Assembly (NCBI GenBank): GCA_945883455.1
Contig: CAMCXJ010000001.1
Coordinates: 1-55,238, forward strand
DNA length: 55,238 bases
Direction: 5' to 3'
Origin: Prosthecobacter debontii
Lineage (GTDB): Bacteria; Verrucomicrobiota; Verrucomicrobiia; Verrucomicrobiales; Akkermansiaceae
Shown one piece after another: positions 46,923 to 55,238 of this stretch. Below the pieces are notes generated by a model that saw only the letters and a program-made list of their open reading frames with translations, did not search any database and was not told the DNA's origin. The translations under genes were made by a program, and so were the position numbers. How positions within the stretch are numbered: the first letter of the stretch is position 1; the number at the start of each line of letters is the position of its first letter.

Positions 46923-48076
46923 GATTTCGCTCCCCGGCACCAAGGCGATGGTTCAAGGCCCGCCTCGTTGCATTTTTCCAACAGCACATCGCCCAAGCAA
47001 TCCGGCAGGCAGGTCTCAATGAGGAAGCGCGAGGTGTCCGGTGTGAGCGAGATGCGCAGGCCGGAGGAGTTCCGCGAAAGCAGGATCGCGTATCCCGGCA
47101 GGCCAGTGCCGAAGTCCGTTCCGGTCACGGCATGGGGCACAAGGTTGAGCTGGAGCGCGTGGCTCTTCCAGACCAGAGGTCGCCCGCGCGATTCGGCGAG
47201 CTTGATGCGTCGGTGGGTGTCTGCGATGCGTTGAAAGCCCGCTCGTGTGGCCGTGGCTTTGAGTTGCTTGGTGAGTTCGTCGGCGCGGTTCGCGAAATGG
47301 AGATAACAGCCGACATTGCCGGTGTAGGTCGCGGGGATGCCGTTCAGTCCTCGCGGATCGCACCACAGCGCGACTTCCGGGAAATGCGATTCCAGCGCCG
47401 CGCAAAGCCATGCCGCCAGTCTCAGCCGTGAGTCGAGCAGTGTTGTGGCTTGGAAATGCCCGCGCACGTTTTCCAAAGGGATCGCAAAGAGGGTGGGGGA
47501 GGAACGCGCCAGAGAATCCTCTTGTGTCGCGCCCTCCGCCTCACGGTATCCGTGCGGAGCTTTGTCCTCGCCATCGAGTTTCGTGCCGAAAGCATGGCAC
47601 CGCTCGTGGAAAAGCGCCGGAGTTGCGACGCCTCGCCTCGCCGCCGTGCACTCGTTGATGAAAAGCGCCAGTCCGGTGCCATCCACCGCCGCGTGCGAAA
47701 CACGGATGCCCAGCACGCTGAGATCCGTTTCCTGGAAACGCGTCCAACGCGCCGCAAAAAGCGTATCGGCGCGGCCTTCCGGGATGAATGTGGCGGACTG
47801 GCTGGCGAGCGCCATTTCCTCCAGATTGCGAATCCCCATCGCTCCCGGTAACTCCACTGTTTCCAAAGCGAACACGCCCACCGATGGCACGATGCGCATC
47901 CCCTCCAGCTTTCCGATCAGGTGGGGAAACGCGCCCAGCCCTCTCTCCAGCGCCGCCGCACAATGCTCTGCCGCGAGCTCACCCCGGTATCCCATCACCA
48001 GCTCGATGTCTGTGGGCAACAGGTCGTCCACTGACAAATCCAGCGGTTCGAAGTCCGTTGTCGCGCTGCGGGGCAT
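46919..48076 (-). CDS. BAHD-type (CoA-dependent Transferase family) acyltransferase
   Basis: N-terminal LSVDD and LERGLGAFPHLIGKL, catalytic SHAAVDG (HxxxD), DPRGL..IPATYTGN and DFGTG (cf. DFGWG). Confidence 0.75.
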   Translation of the reverse strand: MPRSATTDFEPLDLSVDDLLPTDIELVMGYRGELAAEHCAAALERGLGAFPHLIGKLEGMRIVPSVGVFALETVELPGAMGIRNLEEMALASQSATFIPEGRADTLFAARWTRFQETDLSVLGIRVSHAAVDGTGLALFINECTAARRGVATPALFHERCHAFGTKLDGEDKAPHGYREAEGATQEDSLARSSPTLFAIPLENVRGHFQATTLLDSRLRLAAWLCAALESHFPEVALWCDPRGLNGIPATYTGNVGCYLHFANRADELTKQLKATATRAGFQRIADTHRRIKLAESRGRPLVWKSHALQLNLVPHAVTGTDFGTGLPGYAILLSRNSSGLRISLTPDTSRFLIETCLPDCLGDVLLEKCNEAGLEPSPWCRGAKS

Positions 48077-48135
48077 GACAATGATTTATCCACCGACGCT
48101 TGTGGTGTCGATAGGCAAGCAGGTTCCAGCTAACC

Positions 48136-49800
48136 TCACACATACATCTTCTCATAATACTCCGCCGCCATGCGGTCGGAGTCGAAGAAGGGGACGACGT
48201 CATTCATGGAGTTGAAGACGATGCGCGCCCAGTCGTCGGGCTTGCCGTAGTAGAGGGGCAGGATTTCCCCGCGGAGCTTGGCGTAAAATCCGAGCATGTC
48301 CTGCCTGTCGCGCTCTTCGGGATCGAGGATCGGATCGGGCGTGGGGATGATGAAGCTGTTCTCACTATCTTTCGCGAACTCGCAGATCCAGCCGTCGTAG
48401 GTGGAGAGGTTGACCGACCCGTTCATCGCGGCGGTCATGCCGGAGGTGCCGGAGGCCTCGCGGGTGACGACCGGGTTGTTCAGCCACACATCGGAGCCGT
48501 TCTTCAGGAAACGGGATAGCTCCAGTTCATATCCGGTGAGGACGGTGGCGTTCGGGTAATCCTTGGTGAGGCGGATGAGGGAGTCAAAGGTTTCGATCGC
48601 GGAGTAATCGAAGGGATAGGGTTTCCCGGCCCAGATGATTTGCACGGGATGCTTGTTGTCGTTGAGCATTTCCCGGAACAGGCGGATGTCGCGGGTAATG
48701 AGATTCGGGCGCTTGTAACCGGCGAAGCGCCGCGCCCAGACGATGGTGAGGACGTGGGGATCGAACAGCTTGCCCGTCTGGTCGGCGACGACGCGGAACA
48801 GCCTTTCCTTGAGTTCGCGCTTGCGGTGGCGGAGTGTGCTGATGTCGTTTTCCGTGCGTGCGTTTTCCAACCCGTGATCCGCCCAGTATTTCTTGTTCTG
48901 GGCGTTGGTGATGTGGGTGATCTCGCAGATGTCCGGCTCGTGGCTCCACATCCTGCGGGAAACTTCGCCGTGGAGCTTCGAGACACCGTTCGCCCTTTTA
49001 GCAAGCCTCAGCGCCGCAAGGGAGTGGTTGAACTCCTCGCCCTGGATGCCGGTGATGTCGCGCACCTCCTCCTCCGGCACATCGCTGAAAAACGTGAAGT
49101 TCCGGAGCAGGCTGAAATCGGTCTTCTCGTTTCCCGCCTCCTCCGGGGTGTGGGTGGTGAAGACCAGCCGTTTCCTCACCTCCTCCGCGCTGCCATGCTT
49201 CTTATAAAGATGGAACGCCGCCGAGAGGCCATGCGCTTCGTTGAGGTGCCAGATCTCGGGATCGACGCCGAGTTCATCGAGCAGCTTCGCCCCACCCGAG
49301 CCGAGGATGATGTATTGGGCGATGCGGCGCAACGGGTCGTTGTCGTAGAGGCGGTGCGTGATCGCACGGGAGAGGGCGTCGTTTTCCTCGATGTCGGTGG
49401 TCAGGAAAAACATCGGCACGGTCCCGAAGATATCGCCGGGGAGGAAAACGGCTTTCACCCAAACCGGGTGGCCGTGGACGGGTACTGTAAAACGGATGCC
49501 CGTGTCCTGGAGGAAGGAATAGGTATTTTTCCGGAACTGCACCGCGAGCTCGCCGTCCTCGCCGCGCACCTGGTTGTAGTATCCGTATGTCCAGAGAATG
49601 CCGATGCCGGTGAGGTTCTGGCGGAGGTCGGAGGCGGAGCGCATGTGGGAACCCGCCAGAAAACCGAGGCCGCCCGAATAGATCTTGAAGCTCTGGTCGA
49701 TGGCGAACTCGCAGGAGAAATAGGCCGCGCTCGTCGAGAACTTCGGATCGATCTCGTAGCGAGGGGCGAATGGGGCGGGAAGAAACGATTTTATGGACAT
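48136..49800 (-). CDS. glgP: Alpha-glucan phosphorylase (GT35, short form)
   Basis: AYFSCEF, YSGGLGFLAG, HLNEAH, FTTHTP, ITN, ARRFAGYKR, DVWLNNP and EASGTSGMTAAMNG. The start is placed at ATG 49800. Confidence 0.88.
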   Translation of the reverse strand: MSIKSFLPAPFAPRYEIDPKFSTSAAYFSCEFAIDQSFKIYSGGLGFLAGSHMRSASDLRQNLTGIGILWTYGYYNQVRGEDGELAVQFRKNTYSFLQDTGIRFTVPVHGHPVWVKAVFLPGDIFGTVPMFFLTTDIEENDALSRAITHRLYDNDPLRRIAQYIILGSGGAKLLDELGVDPEIWHLNEAHGLSAAFHLYKKHGSAEEVRKRLVFTTHTPEEAGNEKTDFSLLRNFTFFSDVPEEEVRDITGIQGEEFNHSLAALRLAKRANGVSKLHGEVSRRMWSHEPDICEITHITNAQNKKYWADHGLENARTENDISTLRHRKRELKERLFRVVADQTGKLFDPHVLTIVWARRFAGYKRPNLITRDIRLFREMLNDNKHPVQIIWAGKPYPFDYSAIETFDSLIRLTKDYPNATVLTGYELELSRFLKNGSDVWLNNPVVTREASGTSGMTAAMNGSVNLSTYDGWICEFAKDSENSFIIPTPDPILDPEERDRQDMLGFYAKLRGEILPLYYGKPDDWARIVFNSMNDVVPFFDSDRMAAEYYEKMYV

Positions 49801-49875
49801 GGGGGGAGTCTTTGGAAAAGCGGAGACCACGGAGTCTTCAGTCCTTGCTCCGCAATGCGTATTCCATACCAACTT

Positions 49876-51066
49876 TCAGGAAAGCGAAGGAACCCCGACG
49901 GCGATATCGCTCTCGGCGGAGTAATCGACCCCATCCAGCCCGAAGCCGAACAGTTTCAGGAAACCTTTCTGGTATCCCTCATAATCGGCGAGTTCGGAAA
50001 GATTCCCGGTGGCGACCTCTTCCCAGCGTTTACCGACGATGCTTTGGATCTCAGGGGACATTTCCCAATCGTCGATACGGATGCGCCCGGCCTCATCGGG
50101 TTGCGCGAGGCCGTTGCAAAGCCTTTCGCGCAGCATGCGATCCATCTGCTCGATCGTGTCCTCGTGGTTGCCCGCGTCCTTCATCGCCTTGTAGAGGAGT
50201 GAAATGTAGAGCGGCACCACCGGGATCGCGGAGCTGGCCTGCGTGACCAGCGCCTTGTTCACGGAAACCCACGCCTTGCCGGAAATGGCGGCCAGTTTCC
50301 CGTCGAGAGCTTTCTGCGCCCTTTCCAGATCTTCTTTCGCCTTGCCGATGGTCCCGTTCTTGTAAATCGGCCACGTGACCTCAGGGCCGATGTAGGAATA
50401 CGCTACGGTCTTCACCTCCTCGGCCAGCACGCCGGCTTTCAGCAGGGCGTCGATCCACAGTTCCCAGTCCTCGCCGCCCATCACCTTCACCGTCTGGTCG
50501 ATGTCGTCGCCCTCGGCGGGCGGGATGGTGACTTCCTCCACCGCGCCGGTGCCGGTGTTGAGGGTCTTGTTGGTGTAAACTTCGCCGATGGGTTTCAGGC
50601 AGGATTTGTAAACCTCGCCGGTTTTTGGATCCGTGCGGCGCGGGGAGGCGAGGCTGTAGATCACCAGATCCACTTGGCCGAGGTCTTCCTTTATGGCCGC
50701 GATCACCTCGGCCTTCACTTCGTCCGAAAAGGCATCGCCGTTGAAGGACCGCGCATAAAGCCCTGCGGCCTTCGCCTCGCGCTCGAAGGCGACCGTGTTA
50801 TACCAGCCGGCCGTTGCCGTCTTGTCCTCCGTGCCCGGCCTTTCGAAAAACACGCCCACCGTGGCCGCGTTGCATCCGAAAGCGGCTGCGATCCGTGAGG
50901 ACAGGCCGTAGCCGGTCGAGGAGCCGATCACGAGAACCTTCTTCGGCCCGCCGTGGATCGGTCCGCGCCCTTTCACGACCGCGATCTGCTCTGCGACGTG
51001 CTTCGCGCACCCTTCCGGATGGGCTGTGGTGCAAATGAATCCGCGGATTTTTGGTGAAACAATCAT
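49876..51066 (-). CDS. fabV: Enoyl-ACP reductase FabV / trans-2-enoyl-CoA reductase
   Basis: MIVSPKIRGFICTTAHPEGC, GSSTGYGL, YSLASPRR, VMGGEDW, Y..GTIGKAK and VTQASSAIP. Confidence 0.96.
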   Translation of the reverse strand: MIVSPKIRGFICTTAHPEGCAKHVAEQIAVVKGRGPIHGGPKKVLVIGSSTGYGLSSRIAAAFGCNAATVGVFFERPGTEDKTATAGWYNTVAFEREAKAAGLYARSFNGDAFSDEVKAEVIAAIKEDLGQVDLVIYSLASPRRTDPKTGEVYKSCLKPIGEVYTNKTLNTGTGAVEEVTIPPAEGDDIDQTVKVMGGEDWELWIDALLKAGVLAEEVKTVAYSYIGPEVTWPIYKNGTIGKAKEDLERAQKALDGKLAAISGKAWVSVNKALVTQASSAIPVVPLYISLLYKAMKDAGNHEDTIEQMDRMLRERLCNGLAQPDEAGRIRIDDWEMSPEIQSIVGKRWEEVATGNLSELADYEGYQKGFLKLFGFGLDGVDYSAESDIAVGVPSLS

Positions 51067-51195
51067 GATGCATCTGAAGCTATCTTCCACCACCCGCCGC
51101 GCAACCCTCAAAATCGCCGCGTTATGGAGTCCCATGTCGGGTTCCTACACTAGGGACGAGAAGAATTCGAACCACGGATGAACAAGACTCTAACC

Positions 51196-51489
51196 ATGAA
51201 CATTGTCGAGACGGATATCGAAATCTCCGCCGATGGAAGCGTGAAGCTGCTTTCACCCCTGCCTGCTTGGCTCAGGCCGGGGCGCGCCCATGCGGTGATG
51301 ACCTTTACAGCATTGGAGGACAGCAGTGCCAGAACCAAACGGCAGATGCCGGTCGCGACGCCCGAAATGCTCGCTAAACGTGTGGCTGCGTTTGAAGGAC
51401 TGCGCGAGCTGGGAGGGCTGGGCGACATGATTCCCGACCCGCTGGCGTGGCAGCGCGAAATGAGAGAGGAAAGCCCGCTTCATCACTGA
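51196..51489 (+). CDS. Small hypothetical protein, antitoxin-like
   Basis: N-terminal beta-strand DNA-binding-like segment. The C-terminal IPDPLAWQREMREE is typical of antitoxins preceding PIN toxins. An alternative start is at 51178. Confidence 0.55.
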   Translation: MNIVETDIEISADGSVKLLSPLPAWLRPGRAHAVMTFTALEDSSARTKRQMPVATPEMLAKRVAAFEGLRELGGLGDMIPDPLAWQREMREESPLHH

Positions 51490-51953
51490 AGCAATGCCAT
51501 TAACTCATCGGAAATCCAGAAGCCTGCGATGTCGCGAAGGTCTTGTGCGATGCCCGCCGGATCGCTGACAACGCCGCGTCTGCGGGCTTCGAGAAGAATG
51601 CCCACCAAGCCTGTGCAGGTAAGGCCGAGGCGCTTCGCGGCTTCACGACCCCGGCGTTCATCCATCAAAAGCACATCGGCAGAGCATTCGCGTGCGAGCA
51701 CGATGGCTTCGGATTCACCTGCGCCGAGGTCTTGGCGTAGCAGATGCACCAGCGGCCTGTCTTTGACCGTCTGCTGTTCAATCCAGGTTGCCGCCAAGAC
51801 TTCGGTCACACCTGCTTTCCCGGGATGGCTTGTCACGACCTCCTGCCAAACGGCATCGGGGATGATGAGTTTTCCAAACAGGTCGTGCAACAAATCCAGC
51901 CTGCCAATCCTGCACAACGCGATCAATGGTGATGAGTCAGCGACGACGATCAT
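51483..51953 (-). CDS. DUF3368-family PIN-domain protein (toxin)
   Basis: VVADSSPLIAL, IPDAVWQE, LGAGESEAI, LLMDERRGR and GLVGIL. Confidence 0.9.
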   Translation of the reverse strand: MIVVADSSPLIALCRIGRLDLLHDLFGKLIIPDAVWQEVVTSHPGKAGVTEVLAATWIEQQTVKDRPLVHLLRQDLGAGESEAIVLARECSADVLLMDERRGREAAKRLGLTCTGLVGILLEARRRGVVSDPAGIAQDLRDIAGFWISDELMALLQ

Positions 51954-51959
51954 GATGTG

Positions 51960-52214
51960 TTAGCGTGGCAAGGAGGCAAGAACGGCAGCGTCTTCGAGAG
52001 CATCAGCCACATCGTAATGGGGGCCCATTTTACGGCTCGCGAGGTGGAATTGAAAAACGCCCACCGGCATGAGAGCGAATTCCGCCGCCTTGCCCAGCGA
52101 AAGCCGATCCAGCCGGAACAGCGAAATGGCCAGCTCAAGCCGGACGTCGTCCAATGTCATTCGCGCGCTTGCCAGCGCTTCGGCAGGAATGTCGAGACTG
52201 AGTGTCGCGTTCAT
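51960..52214 (-). CDS. UPF0175 family antitoxin-like protein
   Basis: RLELAISLF...LSLGKAAEFA. The start is ATG 52214, 6 nt after TTGAAT-17-GATATT. Confidence 0.88.
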   Translation of the reverse strand: MNATLSLDIPAEALASARMTLDDVRLELAISLFRLDRLSLGKAAEFALMPVGVFQFHLASRKMGPHYDVADALEDAAVLASLPR

Positions 52215-52368
52215 GGCGGTAATATCGCGTCCGGGTGATTTCAATTCAATCACATTCTCTGGAAGGAAAACCTGCAAGTCGCTCTACGATCAGATGAAAA
52301 TCCGGCAGCGCAAAGACTCGTTCGTAAAAGCCCCAAACATAGCAAAAGCACGCCTGGGCAACATGAAC

Positions 52369-54333
52369 TCAGCTTTCGAAATACGTGTATCCGCCGAGAC
52401 CGTCGCGGTAGAGATCCATGATTTCCTTGCGCTCCTTGGGCGAGATGCGGCCGTCGTTGACGGCTTTTTCCGCGAAGTTCCGGAACTTGGAGACGAGTTC
52501 CTTGGGGTCGAACTCCACGTAGGTGAGTACGTCGGCCACGGTGTCGCCTTCCACCTCGTGGGTGTAGACGGGCTTGCCCTTTTCAAGGTGGACGCCGACG
52601 ACGTTGGTGTCGCCGAGGAGGTTGTGGAGGTCGCCGAGGGTTTCCTGGTAGGCGCCGACGAGGAAGACGCCGAGGTAATAGGGTTCGTCCGGCTTGAAAT
52701 CGTGGAGATGGAGGACTTTCGCAACATCTTCCTTATCGATGAAGCGGTCGATCTTGCCATCGCAATCGCAGGTGATGTCGGCGATGACGGCGCGGTGCTT
52801 GGGACGTTCGTCAAGGCGGTGGATGGGCATGACGGGGAAAAGCTGGTCGATGGCCCAGGAGTCGGGGAGGGATTGGAACAGCGAGAAGTTTCCGTAGTAG
52901 AAATCGGCGAGGCCGAGGGAGAGTTCGACGAGATCCTCGGGCACGTCGTCCATGTCGGAGATCATGTTCGAGATGCGGGTGAGGATGTGCCAATACCATG
53001 CCTCGGCGAGGCCGCGCTCGCGGAGGGTGGCGGCGCCGTAAATGAACATGGCGCGCACCTGGTCGCGGTAATAGACGGCGTCGTTGAGGGATTCCTGGAG
53101 GTTCTTGCGGCTCAGGGTCTTGTTGACGTGAAATAGGTTGGTGAGGTTCTGCGGGGCTTTTTCCGGCATCACTGGCTCCTTGTCGGTGGTCTGCGCGGAG
53201 GTTACGTCGAGGATGTTGAAAACGAGGACAGAGTAGTAGGAAACCACGGCGCGGCCGGACTCGGAGATGAGGTTCGGGTGTTTTACTCCGACCTTGTCGC
53301 ACTGCTGGGCGATGACCTCGACGATGTCCGTGCAGTATTCCTGGATGGAGTAGTTGCAGGAGGAGGCGAAGTTCGTGTGCGAGCCGTCGTAGTCCACGGC
53401 CATGCCGCCGCCGATGTCGAGCACGCCCATCGGCGCGCCTTCCTTGACGAGATCGCAATACATGCGGACGGCCTCCGTCGCGCCCTCACGGATCGCGGCG
53501 ATGTTCGGGATCTGGCTGCCTTGGTGGTAGTGCAGCATTTTCAGGCAGGGCAGATGGCCGCTAGCCTTGAGGGAATCGACCACGTTGATGACCTGCGCGG
53601 CGTTCAGGCCGAACACGGATTTATCGCCCGCGGATTCCTGCCAGTGGCCGGAGCCTTTGGTGGAAAGGCGGATGCGGATGCCGAGGTTCGGTAGCACGCC
53701 GATGCGGCGGGAGCGCTCTAGGATGAGATCGAGCTCGCTGGGCATTTCCAAAACAAGCATGACCTTGAGCCCCATTTTCTGGGAATGCAGGGCGAGGTCG
53801 ATGAACTCCTCGTCCTTGTAGCCGTTGCAGACGATGTAGGCCTCGGTGTCGTGCATGTGCGCAAGCGCGGCGATCAGCTCGGGCTTCGATCCTGCCTCCA
53901 GACCGTAGTGATATTTTTTCCCGAACTCGGCGATCTCCTCGATGACCTGGCGCTGCTGGTTCACCTTGATCGGATACACGCCGCGGTATTGGCCGGTGTA
54001 TTTCGTGACCTTGATCGCCTCGCTGAAAGCCTCGTTGATCTCGGTGATGCGGGAGTGCAGCAGGTCGCGGAAACGCAGCAGCACGGGCAGGTGCGTGCCG
54101 CGATCGCGCAGGCCATCGATCACATCGTGGAGGGAAACATGCGCGTCGCCGTGCTTGTCAGCGAGCTTCACGGTCACGTGGCCGTCATCGTTCACTCCGA
54201 AAAATCCGTGCCCCCAAGTGTCCACGCCGTAGAGCTCCGAGGATTTCTCGGGAGTCCAAGATGGGCGGGGCTTGGGCTTCGTAAGCTTGGCGGGAAGAGC
54301 TGCGGTAGGCGGAATCACGCGCGAAACTTGCAC
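52369..54333 (-). CDS. speA: Biosynthetic arginine decarboxylase; the start may be the GTG at 54318
   Basis: PLP Lys in YPIKVNQ; LEAGSKPEL, HQGSQI, DIGGG, SESGRA, DITCDCDG and GAYQETLGDLHNL. Confidence 0.96.
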   Translation of the reverse strand: MQVSRVIPPTAALPAKLTKPKPRPSWTPEKSSELYGVDTWGHGFFGVNDDGHVTVKLADKHGDAHVSLHDVIDGLRDRGTHLPVLLRFRDLLHSRITEINEAFSEAIKVTKYTGQYRGVYPIKVNQQRQVIEEIAEFGKKYHYGLEAGSKPELIAALAHMHDTEAYIVCNGYKDEEFIDLALHSQKMGLKVMLVLEMPSELDLILERSRRIGVLPNLGIRIRLSTKGSGHWQESAGDKSVFGLNAAQVINVVDSLKASGHLPCLKMLHYHQGSQIPNIAAIREGATEAVRMYCDLVKEGAPMGVLDIGGGMAVDYDGSHTNFASSCNYSIQEYCTDIVEVIAQQCDKVGVKHPNLISESGRAVVSYYSVLVFNILDVTSAQTTDKEPVMPEKAPQNLTNLFHVNKTLSRKNLQESLNDAVYYRDQVRAMFIYGAATLRERGLAEAWYWHILTRISNMISDMDDVPEDLVELSLGLADFYYGNFSLFQSLPDSWAIDQLFPVMPIHRLDERPKHRAVIADITCDCDGKIDRFIDKEDVAKVLHLHDFKPDEPYYLGVFLVGAYQETLGDLHNLLGDTNVVGVHLEKGKPVYTHEVEGDTVADVLTYVEFDPKELVSKFRNFAEKAVNDGRISPKERKEIMDLYRDGLGGYTYFES

Positions 54334-54645
54334 GCCGCGGCGGAAGTTTCAATGGGATTCAAGCACGTGATCAGGTGATAACGCTCGTGGAGGACGCAAG
54401 AAACCGAACCATAACCCAGCGCAGCTAGATAAAGGAGCATTCAAATTTCAATCCATAGGATGCTAGGCTGATTCGATAGGTAGGGACGATCCCGCCGTGG
54501 TCGTCCCTAATTCTCAGCCGATGGCGGCGCGAAACCAAAGAGAAAGAATTAGCCACCGGCGGAAGAAGATGAAGTGGGCAGAGGCCACTGAGGAGAGAAT
54601 GCCTGCCACGGCATTTTCCCACGTGGTTCATCGGAAAATGTTTAG

Positions 54646-55140
54646 ATGCGACACCCGACCCCTAAAACATGCAGCCCCTACGCGCTCACCAAGCTCCATG
54701 GCGAGCAATGGTGCCGCCTCTACGCCCGTCAGCACGGCATCCAGGTGTGCGCCCTGCGGTTCTTCTCCGTCTGGGGGCCGGGGCAACGCCGCGATCTGGC
54801 GCTCGAATCATTTCAACGAGCCATCGAGCAAGACCGCCCCGTCACGGTGCTGGGGGACGGCAGCCACCGCCGCGATCTCACCCACGTATCCGACGTGGTT
54901 CGCGCCATCGAACTCGCCATCGGATTCCAGGGAGCCGGATTCGAGACGTTCAACGTGGGAACGGGGCAAAACCATTCCGTGATGGACATGGTCGCCCACG
55001 CCGCCGCGAAGGCAGGCAAAGAACCAACCATCGTCCACCACCCCGCCCATCCAGCCGACGTCCAGCAGACCCTAGCCGATCCGCGCAAATCCCAAAACCT
55101 GCTCGGCTTCACCGCTCTTCACCCGTTCATTGGTGGATGA
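54646..55140 (+). pseudogene. 5'-truncated NAD-dependent epimerase/dehydratase (C-terminal half)
   Basis: SPYALTK (YxxxK), LRFFSVWGPGQR, GDGSHRRDLTHVSD and FNVGTG are present. There is no GxxGxxG Rossmann half, and an in-frame stop lies upstream. Confidence 0.7.
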
Positions 55141-55238
55141 CCCAATTTTACAAAACCGCTACAAAAACCACCGCCATTTTACAGAATTGCCACCTCTGAA
55201 AACCCACTAAAAAACCCAGCCACAACACAAAAAACCTA

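Noticed and set aside
48086-48094. Isolated DnaA-box-like TTATCCACC (also ATATCCACA near 19000)
   Set aside because: Single imperfect 9-mers are expected by chance; there is no cluster.

Overview
High-GC chromosomal segment, most consistent with a Verrucomicrobiota (PVC superphylum) bacterium. The evidence is a PVC-type heme-binding CxxCH protein, secreted proteins ending in a Verrucomicrobia-style 'DxDxDG..N..EW..G..P ... F(F/L)R' domain, and many apparently leaderless genes. The backbone is housekeeping: carboxynorspermidine dehydrogenase, yebC, dnaN, pdhA/pdhB/lpdA, menH/menB, sucB/sucA, hisF, rpmE2, dnaA, glgB, glgP, fabV and speA. It is interrupted by four complete type II toxin-antitoxin pairs, an orphan antitoxin-like gene, several REP/MITE-like palindromic elements and two 5'-truncated genes (moeB/moeZ-like and an NAD-dependent epimerase). 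The best candidate for an undescribed system is a translationally coupled three-gene operon at 44419-48076 (-). It encodes a plant/fungal-type BAHD acyltransferase, an HTTM-like polytopic membrane protein and a sarcosine/dimethylglycine-type SAM methyltransferase. Other oddities are a glucan phosphorylase with Thr in place of the PLP-binding Lys, an E2o with two lipoyl domains but no E3-binding domain, tandem NrdR-like boxes upstream of a dnaN that lies about 23 kb from dnaA, a giant multidomain S8 protease next to an ankyrin lipoprotein, and an unannotated 35-aa leaderless sORF. I recognised no rRNA, tRNA, CRISPR array or transposase. All calls come from reading motifs by eye; no database searches were run.
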